From the NCBI GenBank assembly GCA_965214405.1, contig OZ243956.1:3136001-3200000 (forward strand): a DNA stretch of 64,000 bases. Reading direction: 5' to 3'. The notes under the pieces were generated by a model, which worked only from the letters and a program-made list of their open reading frames with translations, had not been told where the DNA came from and did no database searches. The DNA comes from Trueperaceae bacterium. GTDB lineage: Bacteria; Deinococcota; Deinococci; Deinococcales; Trueperaceae. Position 1 is the stretch's first letter; each line of letters opens with the position of its first letter. Below, in pieces: positions 48,068 through 59,418 of the stretch. The position numbers and the translations under genes are program-made.

Positions 48068-49663
48068 ATGGCCTCTTCTCAGAAGACCCAAACACCCCAA
48101 GGCGTAGAAATTCACGCGCCCGTCTCTCCTGAGTTTGAAGAAATTTTGACCCCCGACGCCCTCGAGTTCGTCGCTACTTTGCACCGGAAGTTTAACGGGC
48201 GCAGGCTCGAGCTGCTGGAAAAACGCCGTGAACGTCAAGAGAAATTTGACGCGGGTGAACTGCCCGACTTCCTCCCCGAGACCAAAGACATCCGCGAGGG
48301 GGATTGGCGGGTCGCCCCCACGCCGCCCGACCTCGAGAACCGCCGCGTCGAAATCACCGGCCCGGTGGACCGCAAGATGATGATCAACGCGCTCAACTCG
48401 GGCGCGCAGAGCTTTATGGCCGACTTGGAGGATTCGCTCTCGCCAACCTGGGAAAACGTCGTTGGAGGCCAAATCAACCTGCGCGACGCGGTGCGCCGGA
48501 CGATTCGGCTCGAGGACGCCGCGCGCGGCAAAACGTACGAGTTGGGCGAGCAGACCGCGACGCTGCTCGTGCGACCACGTGGGTGGCATCTGGTTGAGAA
48601 GCACGTGACGGTGGATGGTGAGCCCGTTTCGGCGAGCCTCTTTGACGCGGGGCTCTATCTGTTTCACAACGCGCAAGAACTCTTGAGCCGCGGCTCGGGG
48701 CCGTATTTTTATCTGCCGAAGCTCGAGAACCACTTAGAAGCCCGCTTATGGAACGACGTGTTCAACGAGGCGCAGGATGCGCTGCAAATCCCGCGCGGCA
48801 GCGTCCGGGTCACCGTCCTCATCGAGACCATCACCGCTGCTTTCGAGATGGACGAAATTCTTTATGAACTCCGCGACCACATGGCGGGCCTCAACGCGGG
48901 CCGCTGGGACTATATTTTTAGCATGATTAAAAAGTTCCGCAACCGCCAAGACATGCTCCTGCCCGACCGCGCCCAGGTCACCATGACCGTGCCCTTCATG
49001 CGCGCCTACGCCGAGTTGTTGGCAAGGACTTGCCATAAGCGCGGCGCGCACGCCGTGGGCGGGATGGCCGCTTTTATCCCGAGCCGCCGCGACGAGGAGG
49101 TCAACAAGCGCGCTTTTAGAAGCGTGGCTGAAGACAAAAAGCGTGAAGCCACACAGGGCTACGACGGCACCTGGGTCGCTCATCCTGACCTCGTGCGGAT
49201 TGCCGAGGATGCTTTCGACGAGGTGCTGGGAGACGCGCCCAATCAGAAGAGTAAGGTGCCCGACGTCCAGGTGAGCACCGCCGACCTTCTCAACATGGAG
49301 GTAGAGGGCGGAGCCATCACCGAGGCAGGATTCCACCTGAACGTGGACGTGGCTTTGCAGTATCTTAACGCCTGGCTCTCCGGCAACGGTGCCGCCGCAA
49401 TTTACAACCTCATGGAAGACGCCGCCACCGCCGAAATCAGCCGGGCACAGCTTTGGCAGTGGATACAGAACGGGGCCGAATTGGAGGGGGGACGCACCGC
49501 CAGCAAGGAGCTTTATAAAGAGGTTCGTCAGGGAGAACTCGAGCGCCTAAAAAACGAGCTGGGCGAGCACCGTTTTGACGAAGCGGCGGAGATTTTAGAC
49601 GAGTTGGTGCTGAATGACGAGTTCACAGCGTTCTTGACGTTGCGGGCGTACGAGTATCTGTAG
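48068..49663 (+). CDS. aceB: Malate synthase A
   Basis: [28 protein letters not shown] and [12 protein letters not shown] motifs. Confidence 0.95.
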   Translation: MASSQKTQTPQGVEIHAPVSPEFEEILTPDALEFVATLHRKFNGRRLELLEKRRERQEKFDAGELPDFLPETKDIREGDWRVAPTPPDLENRRVEITGPVDRKMMINALNSGAQSFMADLEDSLSPTWENVVGGQINLRDAVRRTIRLEDAARGKTYELGEQTATLLVRPRGWHLVEKHVTVDGEPVSASLFDAGLYLFHNAQELLSRGSGPYFYLPKLENHLEARLWNDVFNEAQDALQIPRGSVRVTVLIETITAAFEMDEILYELRDHMAGLNAGRWDYIFSMIKKFRNRQDMLLPDRAQVTMTVPFMRAYAELLARTCHKRGAHAVGGMAAFIPSRRDEEVNKRAFRSVAEDKKREATQGYDGTWVAHPDLVRIAEDAFDEVLGDAPNQKSKVPDVQVSTADLLNMEVEGGAITEAGFHLNVDVALQYLNAWLSGNGAAAIYNLMEDAATAEISRAQLWQWIQNGAELEGGRTASKELYKEVRQGELERLKNELGEHRFDEAAEILDELVLNDEFTAFLTLRAYEYL

Positions 49664-49742
49664 GCGGTGTATGCGTCTTGGCCGCTGAACGAGGTGGGTG
49701 TGGCTACTCAAAATTGGGGCTGGATTCAAGTTGCGCCGAGTG

Positions 49743-49771
49743 TTGACACTCCCAAAAGGGCGTGCTAGGCT
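49743..49771 (+). promoter_or_regulatory. Promoter of the tRNA-tuf operon
   Basis: TTGACA-N17-TAGGCT. Confidence 0.7.
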
Positions 49772-49833
49772 AGCAAGCCGGGCATCATTCGTGGTGTCCT
49801 CATGCCTCACGGGGCAGCCTCACGGATGTGAAC

Positions 49834-49909
<76 letters not shown>

Positions 49910-49915
49910 AAGAAT

Positions 49916-50000
49916 TTAGAGGTATTATCTCTGATTCACTTAGAGATGTTGGCGCTAAATTTGAAGGTTAGAGGTATCATCTGTAATTCATTTACAGATG
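49916..50000. repeat. Two direct copies of a 33-bp hairpin unit in the tRNA spacer (third partial copy at ~50319-50339)
   Basis: ttagaggtattATCTCTGAttcacTTAGAGATg / ttagaggtatcATCTGTAAttcatTTACAGATg. Confidence 0.7.
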
Positions 50001-50021
50001 GGCCTCGAGAGAAGGGCGCGT

Positions 50022-50106
50022 GGGTCGGTGCCCGAGTGGTTAAAGGGGACGGACTGTAAATCCGTTGGCTTCGCCTACGATGGTTCAAATCCATCCCGGC
50101 CCACCA
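50022..50106 (+). tRNA. tRNA-Tyr(GTA)
   Basis: Loop CT-GTA-AA, long variable arm, CCA end. Confidence 0.95.
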
Positions 50107-50227
50107 ATCTTGAGTTTTGTTCGCACCGGAGAACGTGAGTTGGATGGTGTGGGGGAGGCTCGAGGTTAAAAAGGTATCAGTAAGGTGCTCAGGAGAAGCT
50201 GAGATTTTTAAGGATGATGTCTTCCGT

Positions 50228-50303
<76 letters not shown>

Positions 50304-50376
50304 AAGTTTTTGAGATCTTATCTCTAGTTCGCTTAGAGAATTGGCTCGAGAGCTTAAAAGAAAGTAGTTTTGGCAG

Positions 50377-50451
<75 letters not shown>

Positions 50452-50545
50452 AAGAGGAATCTAAACCGAGCATGGTCAGACTCGTCAGCGGCGAGCTGAC
50501 CTGCTTCGGCTGCAAGGAAGCGAAGAGAGGAAAGGATTTGTAGTC

Positions 50546-51763
<1,218 letters not shown>

Positions 51764-51774
51764 GTAATACTTTT

Positions 51775-51810
51775 GTGAGGTGTGGGGTTCTTGACTCTGC
51801 GCCTCACTTT
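51775..51810 (+). terminator. Intrinsic terminator after tuf
   Basis: GTGAGGTGTGGGGT...ACTCTGCGCCTCAC followed by TTT. Confidence 0.6.
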
Positions 51811-51877
51811 AGATAGTTGTTGACATGGATTCGGGGCTGGTAAAGATATACAAGCCTCACCAGTTAGGGAGAAGACC

Positions 51878-52042
51878 GTGGCAAGCGACGTAAGAATCAT
51901 CCTTCAGCTCGAGTGTACCGAGTGCAAGCGCCGCAACTACACGACGCAAAAAAACCGGCGCAACACGCAGCCCAAGATTGAGCTGCGCAAATACTGCCCC
52001 TGGGATCGCAAGCACACCAAGCACCGAGAGGTCAAGGTCTAA
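51878..52042 (+). CDS. rpmG: 50S ribosomal protein L33
   Basis: Hand translation [54 protein letters not shown]. Confidence 0.96.
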   Translation: MASDVRIILQLECTECKRRNYTTQKNRRNTQPKIELRKYCPWDRKHTKHREVKV

Positions 52043-52222
52043 GTGAAAGGCATTTTGCAGTATCTGCGCAACTCTCGAGCCGAACTCAGGCGCGTCACCT
52101 GGCCCACCCGTGACGAAGTAATTCAGTCCACCCAAGCGACGCTCGTATTCGTGCTGCTCACCGCGCTCTTCCTGATTATCGTGGACGGCGTGTTTGGCAA
52201 CCTTTTGGGTCTCATCACCTAA
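52043..52222 (+). CDS. secE: Preprotein translocase subunit SecE
   Basis: Hand translation ...RAELRRVTWPTRDE followed by a TM segment; lies between rpmG and nusG. Confidence 0.93.
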   Translation: MKGILQYLRNSRAELRRVTWPTRDEVIQSTQATLVFVLLTALFLIIVDGVFGNLLGLIT

Positions 52223-52370
52223 CGCTTTTTAAGGGTTACGTGAGTGCTCGAGGAGAACTCCGCTGTAATCTGAGTGGGCCTCAGAGGGCGAGTTTCGGGT
52301 GAAACTGGATTATGGTAAAGATGAGTAGCAAAGCAACACATCAAGCAGTAGAAGGGAGGATGGTTCGCAC

Positions 52371-52928
52371 GTGAGTATCGAGTGGTACGCGGTTCATACC
52401 TATGTGGGTCATGAAGAGCGTGTTCGTGAGAACTTGATGCAGCGCGCCAGGTCCCTGGGTATCGCTGACAATATCTATCAGGTGGTGCTGCCCAACGAAG
52501 AAACAGTCGAGCACCGAGACGGCGGCAAAAAAGAGGTCGTCAAGCGCAAAATCTTTCCGGGTTATGTGTTCGTGCAGATGGATATGGGTGACAATCCCGA
52601 TGAGCCGAATGAGGCTTGGGAGGTCGTGCGTAATACCCCTGGCGTTACCGGCTTTGTTGGGACGGCCACGAGAGCCGTTCCCTTATCGCGCGAGGAAGAG
52701 GCGCGGATGCTCAGCACCTTGGGTATCACGGGTTCTAAAGAGAAGCCCCGGCTCAGGATTTCTTTTAACGTCGGGGACATGGTACAAGTGACCGCCGGAC
52801 CCTTCTCGGACTTTACCGGCGTGGTATCCGACTTAGATTCGGACAAGGGTAAGGTCAAGGTGCTTGTGTCCATCTTTGGACGCGAAACGCCTGTAGAGTT
52901 GGATTTTTCGCAAGTCGTCAAGACGTAG
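52371..52928 (+). CDS. nusG: Transcription factor NusG
   Basis: [23 protein letters not shown] and [13 protein letters not shown] motifs. Confidence 0.97.
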   Translation: MSIEWYAVHTYVGHEERVRENLMQRARSLGIADNIYQVVLPNEETVEHRDGGKKEVVKRKIFPGYVFVQMDMGDNPDEPNEAWEVVRNTPGVTGFVGTATRAVPLSREEEARMLSTLGITGSKEKPRLRISFNVGDMVQVTAGPFSDFTGVVSDLDSDKGKVKVLVSIFGRETPVELDFSQVVKT

Positions 52929-53034
52929 TTTAGGAGAGGCTTAGGGAGACTTCAAGTCTCACAAAGCCTCACATCAAGCGTTTGGACCCCTTTTAGTAAT
53001 TTAGCAACACCTGGGGGAGCTTTAGGAGAAGAGT

Positions 53035-53475
53035 ATGGCAAAGAAAGTTGTCGGCATCGTTAAGCTTCAGCTACCCGCGGGGAGCGCGACACCCGCGCCG
53101 CCCGTTGGGCCTGCGCTGGGGCAGTACGGGGCCAATATCATGGGATTTGTCAAGGAATATAACGCGGCGACCGCGTCGCAGGCGGGGGCCATCGTCCCGG
53201 TTGAAATCACCATTTTTGCGGACCGTTCCTTCACCTTTATTACCAAAACGCCGCCCGCGAGTTACCTGATTCGCAAGGCTGCGGGTATCCCTAAGGGATC
53301 CGGGGTTCCCAACAAAGAAAAAGTCGGCAAGCTTAATTGGGAGCAGTGTCTGGAACTCGGCAAAACGAAGCTCGCCGACCTTAATGCCACTGACGAGGTG
53401 GCCGCTGCCAAAATCATCGCGGGTACGGCGCGCTCGATGGGTGTGACCGTCGAGGGGGTGCCGAGCGATGCCTAA
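53035..53475 (+). CDS. rplK: 50S ribosomal protein L11
   Basis: [13 protein letters not shown] and TKTPP motifs. Confidence 0.98.
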   Translation: MAKKVVGIVKLQLPAGSATPAPPVGPALGQYGANIMGFVKEYNAATASQAGAIVPVEITIFADRSFTFITKTPPASYLIRKAAGIPKGSGVPNKEKVGKLNWEQCLELGKTKLADLNATDEVAAAKIIAGTARSMGVTVEGVPSDA

Positions 53476-54151
53476 GCACGGAAAACGTTACCGCGTCCTC
53501 ACGGATAAGGTGGACGCGAACGGAAGCTATGCACTTCAGGAGGCGGCGGCGCTCGTGAAAGAGCTTGCGACCGCCAAATTTGACGAGACGGTCGAAGTGC
53601 ATGTGCGTTTGGGTATCGACCCGCGCAAATCCGACCAGACGGTGCGCGGCACCGTCGCGCTGCCCCACGGCACCGGGCGCTCAGTCCGCGTGTTGGCGCT
53701 CACTCAGGGTGACAGTATAGGGACCGCTCAAGAGGCGGGGGCCGACTTCGTCGGGGGTGACGACATGATCTCCCGTATTCAAGAGGGTTGGCTCGACTTT
53801 GACGCGGTGGTGGCGACGCCGGACATGATGGCGTCGGTCGGTAGCAAGCTGGGCCGCGTGCTTGGTCCGCGTGGACTTTTGCCCAACCCGAAGTCGGGCA
53901 CGGTAGGCCCCAACATCGGTGAGATGGTGCGCGCGCTCAAAGCGGGCCGCATCGAGTTTCGTAACGACAAAACGGGCGTGGTTCACGCGCCTATCGGTAA
54001 AGCGAGCTTTGAGGCGGACAAGTTAGCGGAGAACTTCGCGGCGTTTCGCACCGCGCTCGAGTCCTCCCGCCCCGACACCGCCAAGGGTGTCTTCCTCCGC
54101 ACCGTCTACCTCACCTCGACAATGGGGCCGAGCGTCCGCGTGTCGGTATAA
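53468..54151 (+). CDS. rplA: 50S ribosomal protein L1
   Basis: [24 protein letters not shown] and TSTMGP motifs. Confidence 0.98.
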   Translation: MPKHGKRYRVLTDKVDANGSYALQEAAALVKELATAKFDETVEVHVRLGIDPRKSDQTVRGTVALPHGTGRSVRVLALTQGDSIGTAQEAGADFVGGDDMISRIQEGWLDFDAVVATPDMMASVGSKLGRVLGPRGLLPNPKSGTVGPNIGEMVRALKAGRIEFRNDKTGVVHAPIGKASFEADKLAENFAAFRTALESSRPDTAKGVFLRTVYLTSTMGPSVRVSV

Positions 54152-54245
54152 TAAGCATCCTGGTGTGACCTGCTCGCTTTTTTATAGAGCATGCGGCGCA
54201 CCTTGATGTTATAACGCTCGTGTCATAACCACGGGCGTTATAACG

Positions 54246-54295
54246 GCGTTGGAGACAGCAGGGGCTTAGCCAGCTTAAAGAGCCTGCCGAGGCGC
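54246..54295 (+). ncRNA. Ribosomal protein L10 leader (autoregulatory RNA)
   Basis: GGAGACAGCAGG...TTAA...CCTGCCGAGG pattern immediately upstream of rplJ. Confidence 0.7.
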
Positions 54296-54367
54296 ATCGA
54301 GTAACTAAAGTAGTGACGCTTCGCGGTTGTGGTAATCGTATACGTATCTGGAGAAGGAAGGTTTAGG

Positions 54368-54898
54368 GTGGCAAACCCTAGAAACGAAAAGTCGGTCGAG
54401 GCGTTGCGGGGGTATCTCGCAGACGTCAAGACGTTTTTCTTGATCGACTATCAGGGGCTTTCCGCGGGAGAACTCAACGCGCTACGCGCGAAGGTGAGCG
54501 CCGCAGGGGGTCGGGTACTGGTCGCCAAGAACACGCTCGTCAATGTGGTATTGAGCGAGCAGGGGATAAGCGATTTCGGCGATAAGCTGCAAGGACCCAC
54601 CGCGCTGGTGCTTATTGGCGACGATCCGGTGGAGCCCGCCAAGGCGCTTACTGATTACGCCAAGGACCACGCTCGAGACCTGCCCGTCGCCAAGGGCGGC
54701 ATGTTACAGGGTAACAGGGTCGAGGGTGAGGCTTTGGCCAGAATTGCCAAGCTGCCGTCGCGCAACGAACTCTTAAGCGAGCTTGTCGGGGTGCTGCAAG
54801 CGCCTCTGCAACAGCTCGTCGGGACGCTGGAGGGCGCGCCGCGCAATCTGGTGTCGGTACTCACGAACTATTCGGAAAAACTTAAGGAGGAACAATAA
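54368..54898 (+). CDS. rplJ: 50S ribosomal protein L10
   Basis: MANPRN..., DYQGL, VAKNTL, LQGPTA and LPSR.EL motifs; GTG start at 54368. Confidence 0.96.
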   Translation: MANPRNEKSVEALRGYLADVKTFFLIDYQGLSAGELNALRAKVSAAGGRVLVAKNTLVNVVLSEQGISDFGDKLQGPTALVLIGDDPVEPAKALTDYAKDHARDLPVAKGGMLQGNRVEGEALARIAKLPSRNELLSELVGVLQAPLQQLVGTLEGAPRNLVSVLTNYSEKLKEEQ

Positions 54899-55281
54899 TG
54901 GCGTTCGATAGAGAAGCAGTGATGGAGCAACTTTCGGGACTCACCGTGTTGGAGCTTGTGGACTTGGTCGAGGGTCTCAAGGAGAAGTGGGGCGTCGAGG
55001 CTGCCGCAGCCATGCCCGCGGGCATGATGATGGCGGCGGGCGGCGCGGCCCCGGCGGAAGCCGCCGAGGAGCAGACCGAATTCACCGTGACCATCAAGAG
55101 CGCGGGTGACAAGAAGCTCAACGTCATCAAAGAAGTGCGCGCGATTACCTCGCTGGGTCTCAAAGAGGCCAAGGACTTGGTCGAGGCGGGCGGCGTTGTC
55201 AAGGAAGACGTTAGCAAAGAAGAAGCCGACGATATCAAGACCAAGCTCGAGGCCGCGGGCGCAACCATCGAAGTCAAGTAA
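54898..55281 (+). CDS. rplL: 50S ribosomal protein L7/L12
   Basis: EEQTEF, VIKEVR...[11 protein letters not shown] motifs. Confidence 0.98.
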   Translation: MAFDREAVMEQLSGLTVLELVDLVEGLKEKWGVEAAAAMPAGMMMAAGGAAPAEAAEEQTEFTVTIKSAGDKKLNVIKEVRAITSLGLKEAKDLVEAGGVVKEDVSKEEADDIKTKLEAAGATIEVK

Positions 55282-55294
55282 GAGCCGAAGGCGC

Positions 55295-55336
55295 GGCTGG
55301 AGTGAGCGGGTAAGCTGGCTTACTCCAGCCACTTTT
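55295..55336 (+). terminator. Terminator/attenuator after rplL
   Basis: GGCTGGAGTGAGC...GCTTACTCCAGCC followed by ACTTTT. Confidence 0.65.
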
Positions 55337-55937
55337 GAGCTGGGATATGATAGCGTTCTGTGTTTGGGCATTATGTTTGGAAGTGTGTTCGGACGTTGCC
55401 TGAACAAAGGAGGAAACATGGCGCATCACTGCACCCCCTCACGCGACGGCTCGCATTATTTTTGGCAGTACCCTCCAGTTCGCTCCAAACGCTTGCTTGT
55501 TAAAGAGGACGTGTTCGCAGGCCCTCCGGCCCACTTGAGCTCGAGCAGCTTCACAGCATTCTAGTTCCTCTAGGAGAAAGTTACACATTATTTTGCCCAC
55601 ATTAGGTGCGTGTTGCGCGCTGCGTGAACGCTGACGAAGGGTGCTGCTACGGCAAATCGAGGCCCGACCAAAATACACGCTGCATCTCGAGGCTAATGGT
55701 CTTGAGGTGTGCTTTCGTGCGCTTGCGAGTGGTACCACTATGCTTAGCTTAGACAGCTACCTCATACGTTGGCTCCAGCGTGCTTGTAGATGACGAAATA
55801 CTTACCGGCTCGCTTGCCCAATGATACCACAAAAGACCGCACTTGCCTACAGATAAAGCGGAGGATACCGAAGCTTTGAAACGTATGAATTACCGAACTC
55901 AGACCACCAGATCATCAAGGTTGAACCACCAGAAGGG

Positions 55938-58900
55938 GTGACGATGCGCGACATCAGGACGTTTGGCAGTATCAAAGAAGTCATCGAGTTACCGAACCTA
56001 ACTGACATCCAGATCAGGTCGTATGACAAGTTTTTGCAGCACGGGACGGCGTCGTCGGCGCGGCAGAATCTCGGCTTGCAGAGCGCGTTCAAAGAAGTTT
56101 TTCCCATCGACGAAACCGAGCGAGGCCGTCAGACGGGGTTGGTGCTCGACTTTTTGGAATACACCCTCGAGCCGCCCGAGTTTTCTCCTGAGGAGTGCCG
56201 CGAAAAAGACCTCTCGTACCACTCAGGGCTTTTCGCCAAACTGCAGCTCGTCCACAAGGACACGGGGCTCATCAAAGAAGACCAAGTGTTTTTGGGCGAC
56301 CTGCCGCTCATGACCGAAGACGGCTCGTTTATTATCAACGGGGCGGACCGGGTGATCGTTTCACAGATTCACCGTTCGCCGGGCGTCTACTTTACGCGCG
56401 CGCCCAAGGGGATGGGCTACACCCACACCGCGAGCATCATCCCGATGCCCAAGCGCGGGCCTTGGATCGAATTAGAGTTCGACAACAGTGATGTGTTGTG
56501 GATGAAAATCAACAAGAAGAAGTTTCCCTTTACCCTCATGCTGCGCGTGCTGGGGATGGGCGACGAGGCGATCCGCGGGCTTTTCGCGGGTAATGAAGGG
56601 ATGATCGAGCCGACTTTTGACAACGAGGAAGCCTCAGGTATCGGCGCGGACGAGGCGCTCTTGCGGCTCTTTACCGTGTTGCGCCCCGGCGACCCGCCCA
56701 AGGTGGATAAGGCGACCTCTTATCTCTTTAGCCTCCTGGCCGACCCCCGCCGCTACGATTTGGGCGACGCGGGCCGCTTCAAGATGAACAGCAAGCTGGG
56801 GCTCGAGTTTGACGAGAGCACGCTCCTAGGGTTTGAGGACGGACGCTTTACCGACTTTGGTCTCATCCCCACCATCCAGTACCTCGTCAACCTGCAAGCG
56901 GGTATAGAGGACTACAGCGCGGATGATATCGACCACCTGGGCAACCGCCGCATCCGCACGGTGGGCGAACTCGTGGCCGACCAGATTCGCGTCGGGCTGG
57001 GGCGGATGGCGCGCGGCGTGCGTGAGCGGATGCTGCTGGGCAACCCCGACGCGGCCACCCCGCAAAAGCTCGTCAACAACCGGCCCATCGTGGCGGCCTT
57101 GCGCGAGTTTTTCGGCCGTTCGCAGCTCTCGCAGTTTAAGGACCAGGTCAACCCCCTGTCCGAACTCCGTCACAAGCGCCGCATTTCGGCCTTGGGGCCG
57201 GGCGGCTTGACGCGCGAGCGCGCTGGTTTTGACGTGCGCGACGTTCACCGCACCCACTACGGGCGCATCTGTCCGATTGAAACGCCTGAGGGTGCCAACA
57301 TCGGTCTTATTACTTCATTGTCAAGTTACGCGCGGGTGAATGAACTTGGCTTTATCGAGGCGCCTTACCGCCGCGTGGAGGGAGGGCGGGTCTCGAGCGA
57401 CGTTGAGTACATGACCGCGCACGTCGAGGACCGCTTTATCATCGCGCAGGCCAACACCGTGCTGGACGAGCAGGGCGGCTTTGTCAACGACACCGTGGTC
57501 GCGCGCAGGCTGGGCGACCCCGTGTTCGTCTCGCCCGACGAAGTCGATTACGTTGACGTGTCGCCTAAACAAATCATCTCGGTGCCCACCTCGCTCATCC
57601 CCTTTTTGGAGCACGACGACGCCAACCGCGCGCTGATGGGCTCCAACATGCAGTCGCAGGCGGTGCCGCTGATCAGAACCGACGCGCCCTTCGTGGGCAC
57701 GGGCGTCGAGACGCGCGTGTCACGCGATTCGGGGACGGTTTTACTGGCGACCGAAGCGGGTACGGTGCGCTTTGTCGACGCCAAGCGCATCGTGACCGAG
57801 AACGAGAAGGGGGTCGAAAAGGAGTACCTGCTCACCCGCTTCCAGCGCTCGAACCAGAACACCAACCTAGACCAGCACCCCATCGTGAATGTGGGTGATA
57901 AAGTCGAAGCGGGTCAGATTATCGCCGACGGCCCCGCCTCGGAAAATGGTCGGCTGGCGCTCGGTAAAAACATTCTCATCGCCATCATGCCCTTTGACGG
58001 CTACAACTTTGAGGATGCCATTGTGCTCTCCGAAACGCTGGTGCGTAACGACGCCTACACGAGCGTCCACATCGAGAAGTTCGAAAAAGAGGCGCGTGAC
58101 ACCAAGTTGGGACCCGAGAAGATTACCCGCGACATCCCTGGACTCTCCGAAGCGGCCTTGCGCGACCTCGACGAGGACGGCGTGGTGCGCATCGGCGCGG
58201 AGGTCAAGCAGGGTGATATTTTGGTCGGTCACACCTCGTTCAAGGGGGAAACTGAGCCCACGCCCGAAGAGCGGCTGTTGCGCTCGATCTTCGGTGAAAA
58301 GGCTCGAGAAGTTAAAGACACCTCGCTAAGGGTGCCCCCCGGTGACGGCGGGATCATCTTGCGCACCGTGAGGTTCCGGCGCAACGACGCGGGCGTGGAG
58401 CTCAAACCCGGCGTGCAGGAGATGGTGCGGGTTTACATCGCGCAAAAGCGCCGCCTCATCGAGGGCGACAAGCTCGCCAACCGTCACGGAAACAAGGGCG
58501 TGGTCGCCAAGATTTTGCCCCCCGAGGATATGCCTTATTTGAGCGACGGGACGCCTGTGGATTTGGTGTTTAATCCGTTGGGGGTGCCCTCGAGGATGAA
58601 CTTAGGCCAGATTTTAGAAACGCACTTGGGCCTGGCCGCCTACCGGCACGGCGTGTCGTTCGTGACGCCCGTGTTCGACGGGGCCAAAGAGGAAGAGATC
58701 AAGGATTTGCTCGAGGAGGCCGTCCAAAAGGAGATTACCGAGCAACAAGAGGCGGGTTTTTCCGCCGACAAGCGCGAGGAGGGCGTGGTGCGGCGCTCGG
58801 CCAAGCTGGGCATCATCGAACCCGATTTGTCTTTAGAGGCCGCGCAGCGCAAGCTCGCGCGCACGGGCAAGGCGGTCCTTTTCGACGGGCGCACGGGCGA

Positions 58901-59318
58901 GGCCATCGACGCGCCCATCGTGGTCGGCGTGATGTACGTGATGAAGCTCTACCACATGGTCGAGGACAAGATGCACGCGCGCTCGACGGGTCCCTACAGC
59001 CTCATCACCCAGCAGCCTTTGGGCGGCAAGGCGCAGTTCGGCGGTCAGCGCTTGGGCGAGATGGAGTGCTGGGCTTTGCAGGCGCACGGCGCGGCCTATA
59101 CGCTCCAGGAGATGCTGACGATTAAGTCGGACGACATCGACGGGCGTAACGCGGCCTATGAGGCCATCGTCAAGGGGAACGACGTGTTGGAGCCCACCAT
59201 CCCCGAGTCGTTCAAGGTCTTGGTCAAGGAGCTTCACTCGCTGGGTTTAGACGTGCAAATTTTGGACAAGAACGACAAGTCGGTGGGCATTTTTGACGAG
59301 TCGGGTCGGGGGCGTTAG
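55938..59318 (+). CDS. rpoB: RNA polymerase beta subunit
   Basis: QIHRSPG, SQLSQFKDQ, ETPEG, GDKLANRHGNKG and GQRLGEME motifs; start is GTG 55938 or ATG 55944. Confidence 0.99.
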   Translation: MTMRDIRTFGSIKEVIELPNLTDIQIRSYDKFLQHGTASSARQNLGLQSAFKEVFPIDETERGRQTGLVLDFLEYTLEPPEFSPEECREKDLSYHSGLFAKLQLVHKDTGLIKEDQVFLGDLPLMTEDGSFIINGADRVIVSQIHRSPGVYFTRAPKGMGYTHTASIIPMPKRGPWIELEFDNSDVLWMKINKKKFPFTLMLRVLGMGDEAIRGLFAGNEGMIEPTFDNEEASGIGADEALLRLFTVLRPGDPPKVDKATSYLFSLLADPRRYDLGDAGRFKMNSKLGLEFDESTLLGFEDGRFTDFGLIPTIQYLVNLQAGIEDYSADDIDHLGNRRIRTVGELVADQIRVGLGRMARGVRERMLLGNPDAATPQKLVNNRPIVAALREFFGRSQLSQFKDQVNPLSELRHKRRISALGPGGLTRERAGFDVRDVHRTHYGRICPIETPEGANIGLITSLSSYARVNELGFIEAPYRRVEGGRVSSDVEYMTAHVEDRFIIAQANTVLDEQGGFVNDTVVARRLGDPVFVSPDEVDYVDVSPKQIISVPTSLIPFLEHDDANRALMGSNMQSQAVPLIRTDAPFVGTGVETRVSRDSGTVLLATEAGTVRFVDAKRIVTENEKGVEKEYLLTRFQRSNQNTNLDQHPIVNVGDKVEAGQIIADGPASENGRLALGKNILIAIMPFDGYNFEDAIVLSETLVRNDAYTSVHIEKFEKEARDTKLGPEKITRDIPGLSEAALRDLDEDGVVRIGAEVKQGDILVGHTSFKGETEPTPEERLLRSIFGEKAREVKDTSLRVPPGDGGIILRTVRFRRNDAGVELKPGVQEMVRVYIAQKRRLIEGDKLANRHGNKGVVAKILPPEDMPYLSDGTPVDLVFNPLGVPSRMNLGQILETHLGLAAYRHGVSFVTPVFDGAKEEEIKDLLEEAVQKEITEQQEAGFSADKREEGVVRRSAKLGIIEPDLSLEAAQRKLARTGKAVLFDGRTGEAIDAPIVVGVMYVMKLYHMVEDKMHARSTGPYSLITQQPLGGKAQFGGQRLGEMECWALQAHGAAYTLQEMLTIKSDDIDGRNAAYEAIVKGNDVLEPTIPESFKVLVKELHSLGLDVQILDKNDKSVGIFDESGRGR

Positions 59319-59418
59319 TGGCGAGGGTTGGGACAGGCTGGAAGGTTATAACTTTCCAGCCCGCCACCTCGCAAGTTTTATCCTCTTCTAAACGCTTCAC
59401 TGAAGCGAAGGGACGTGC

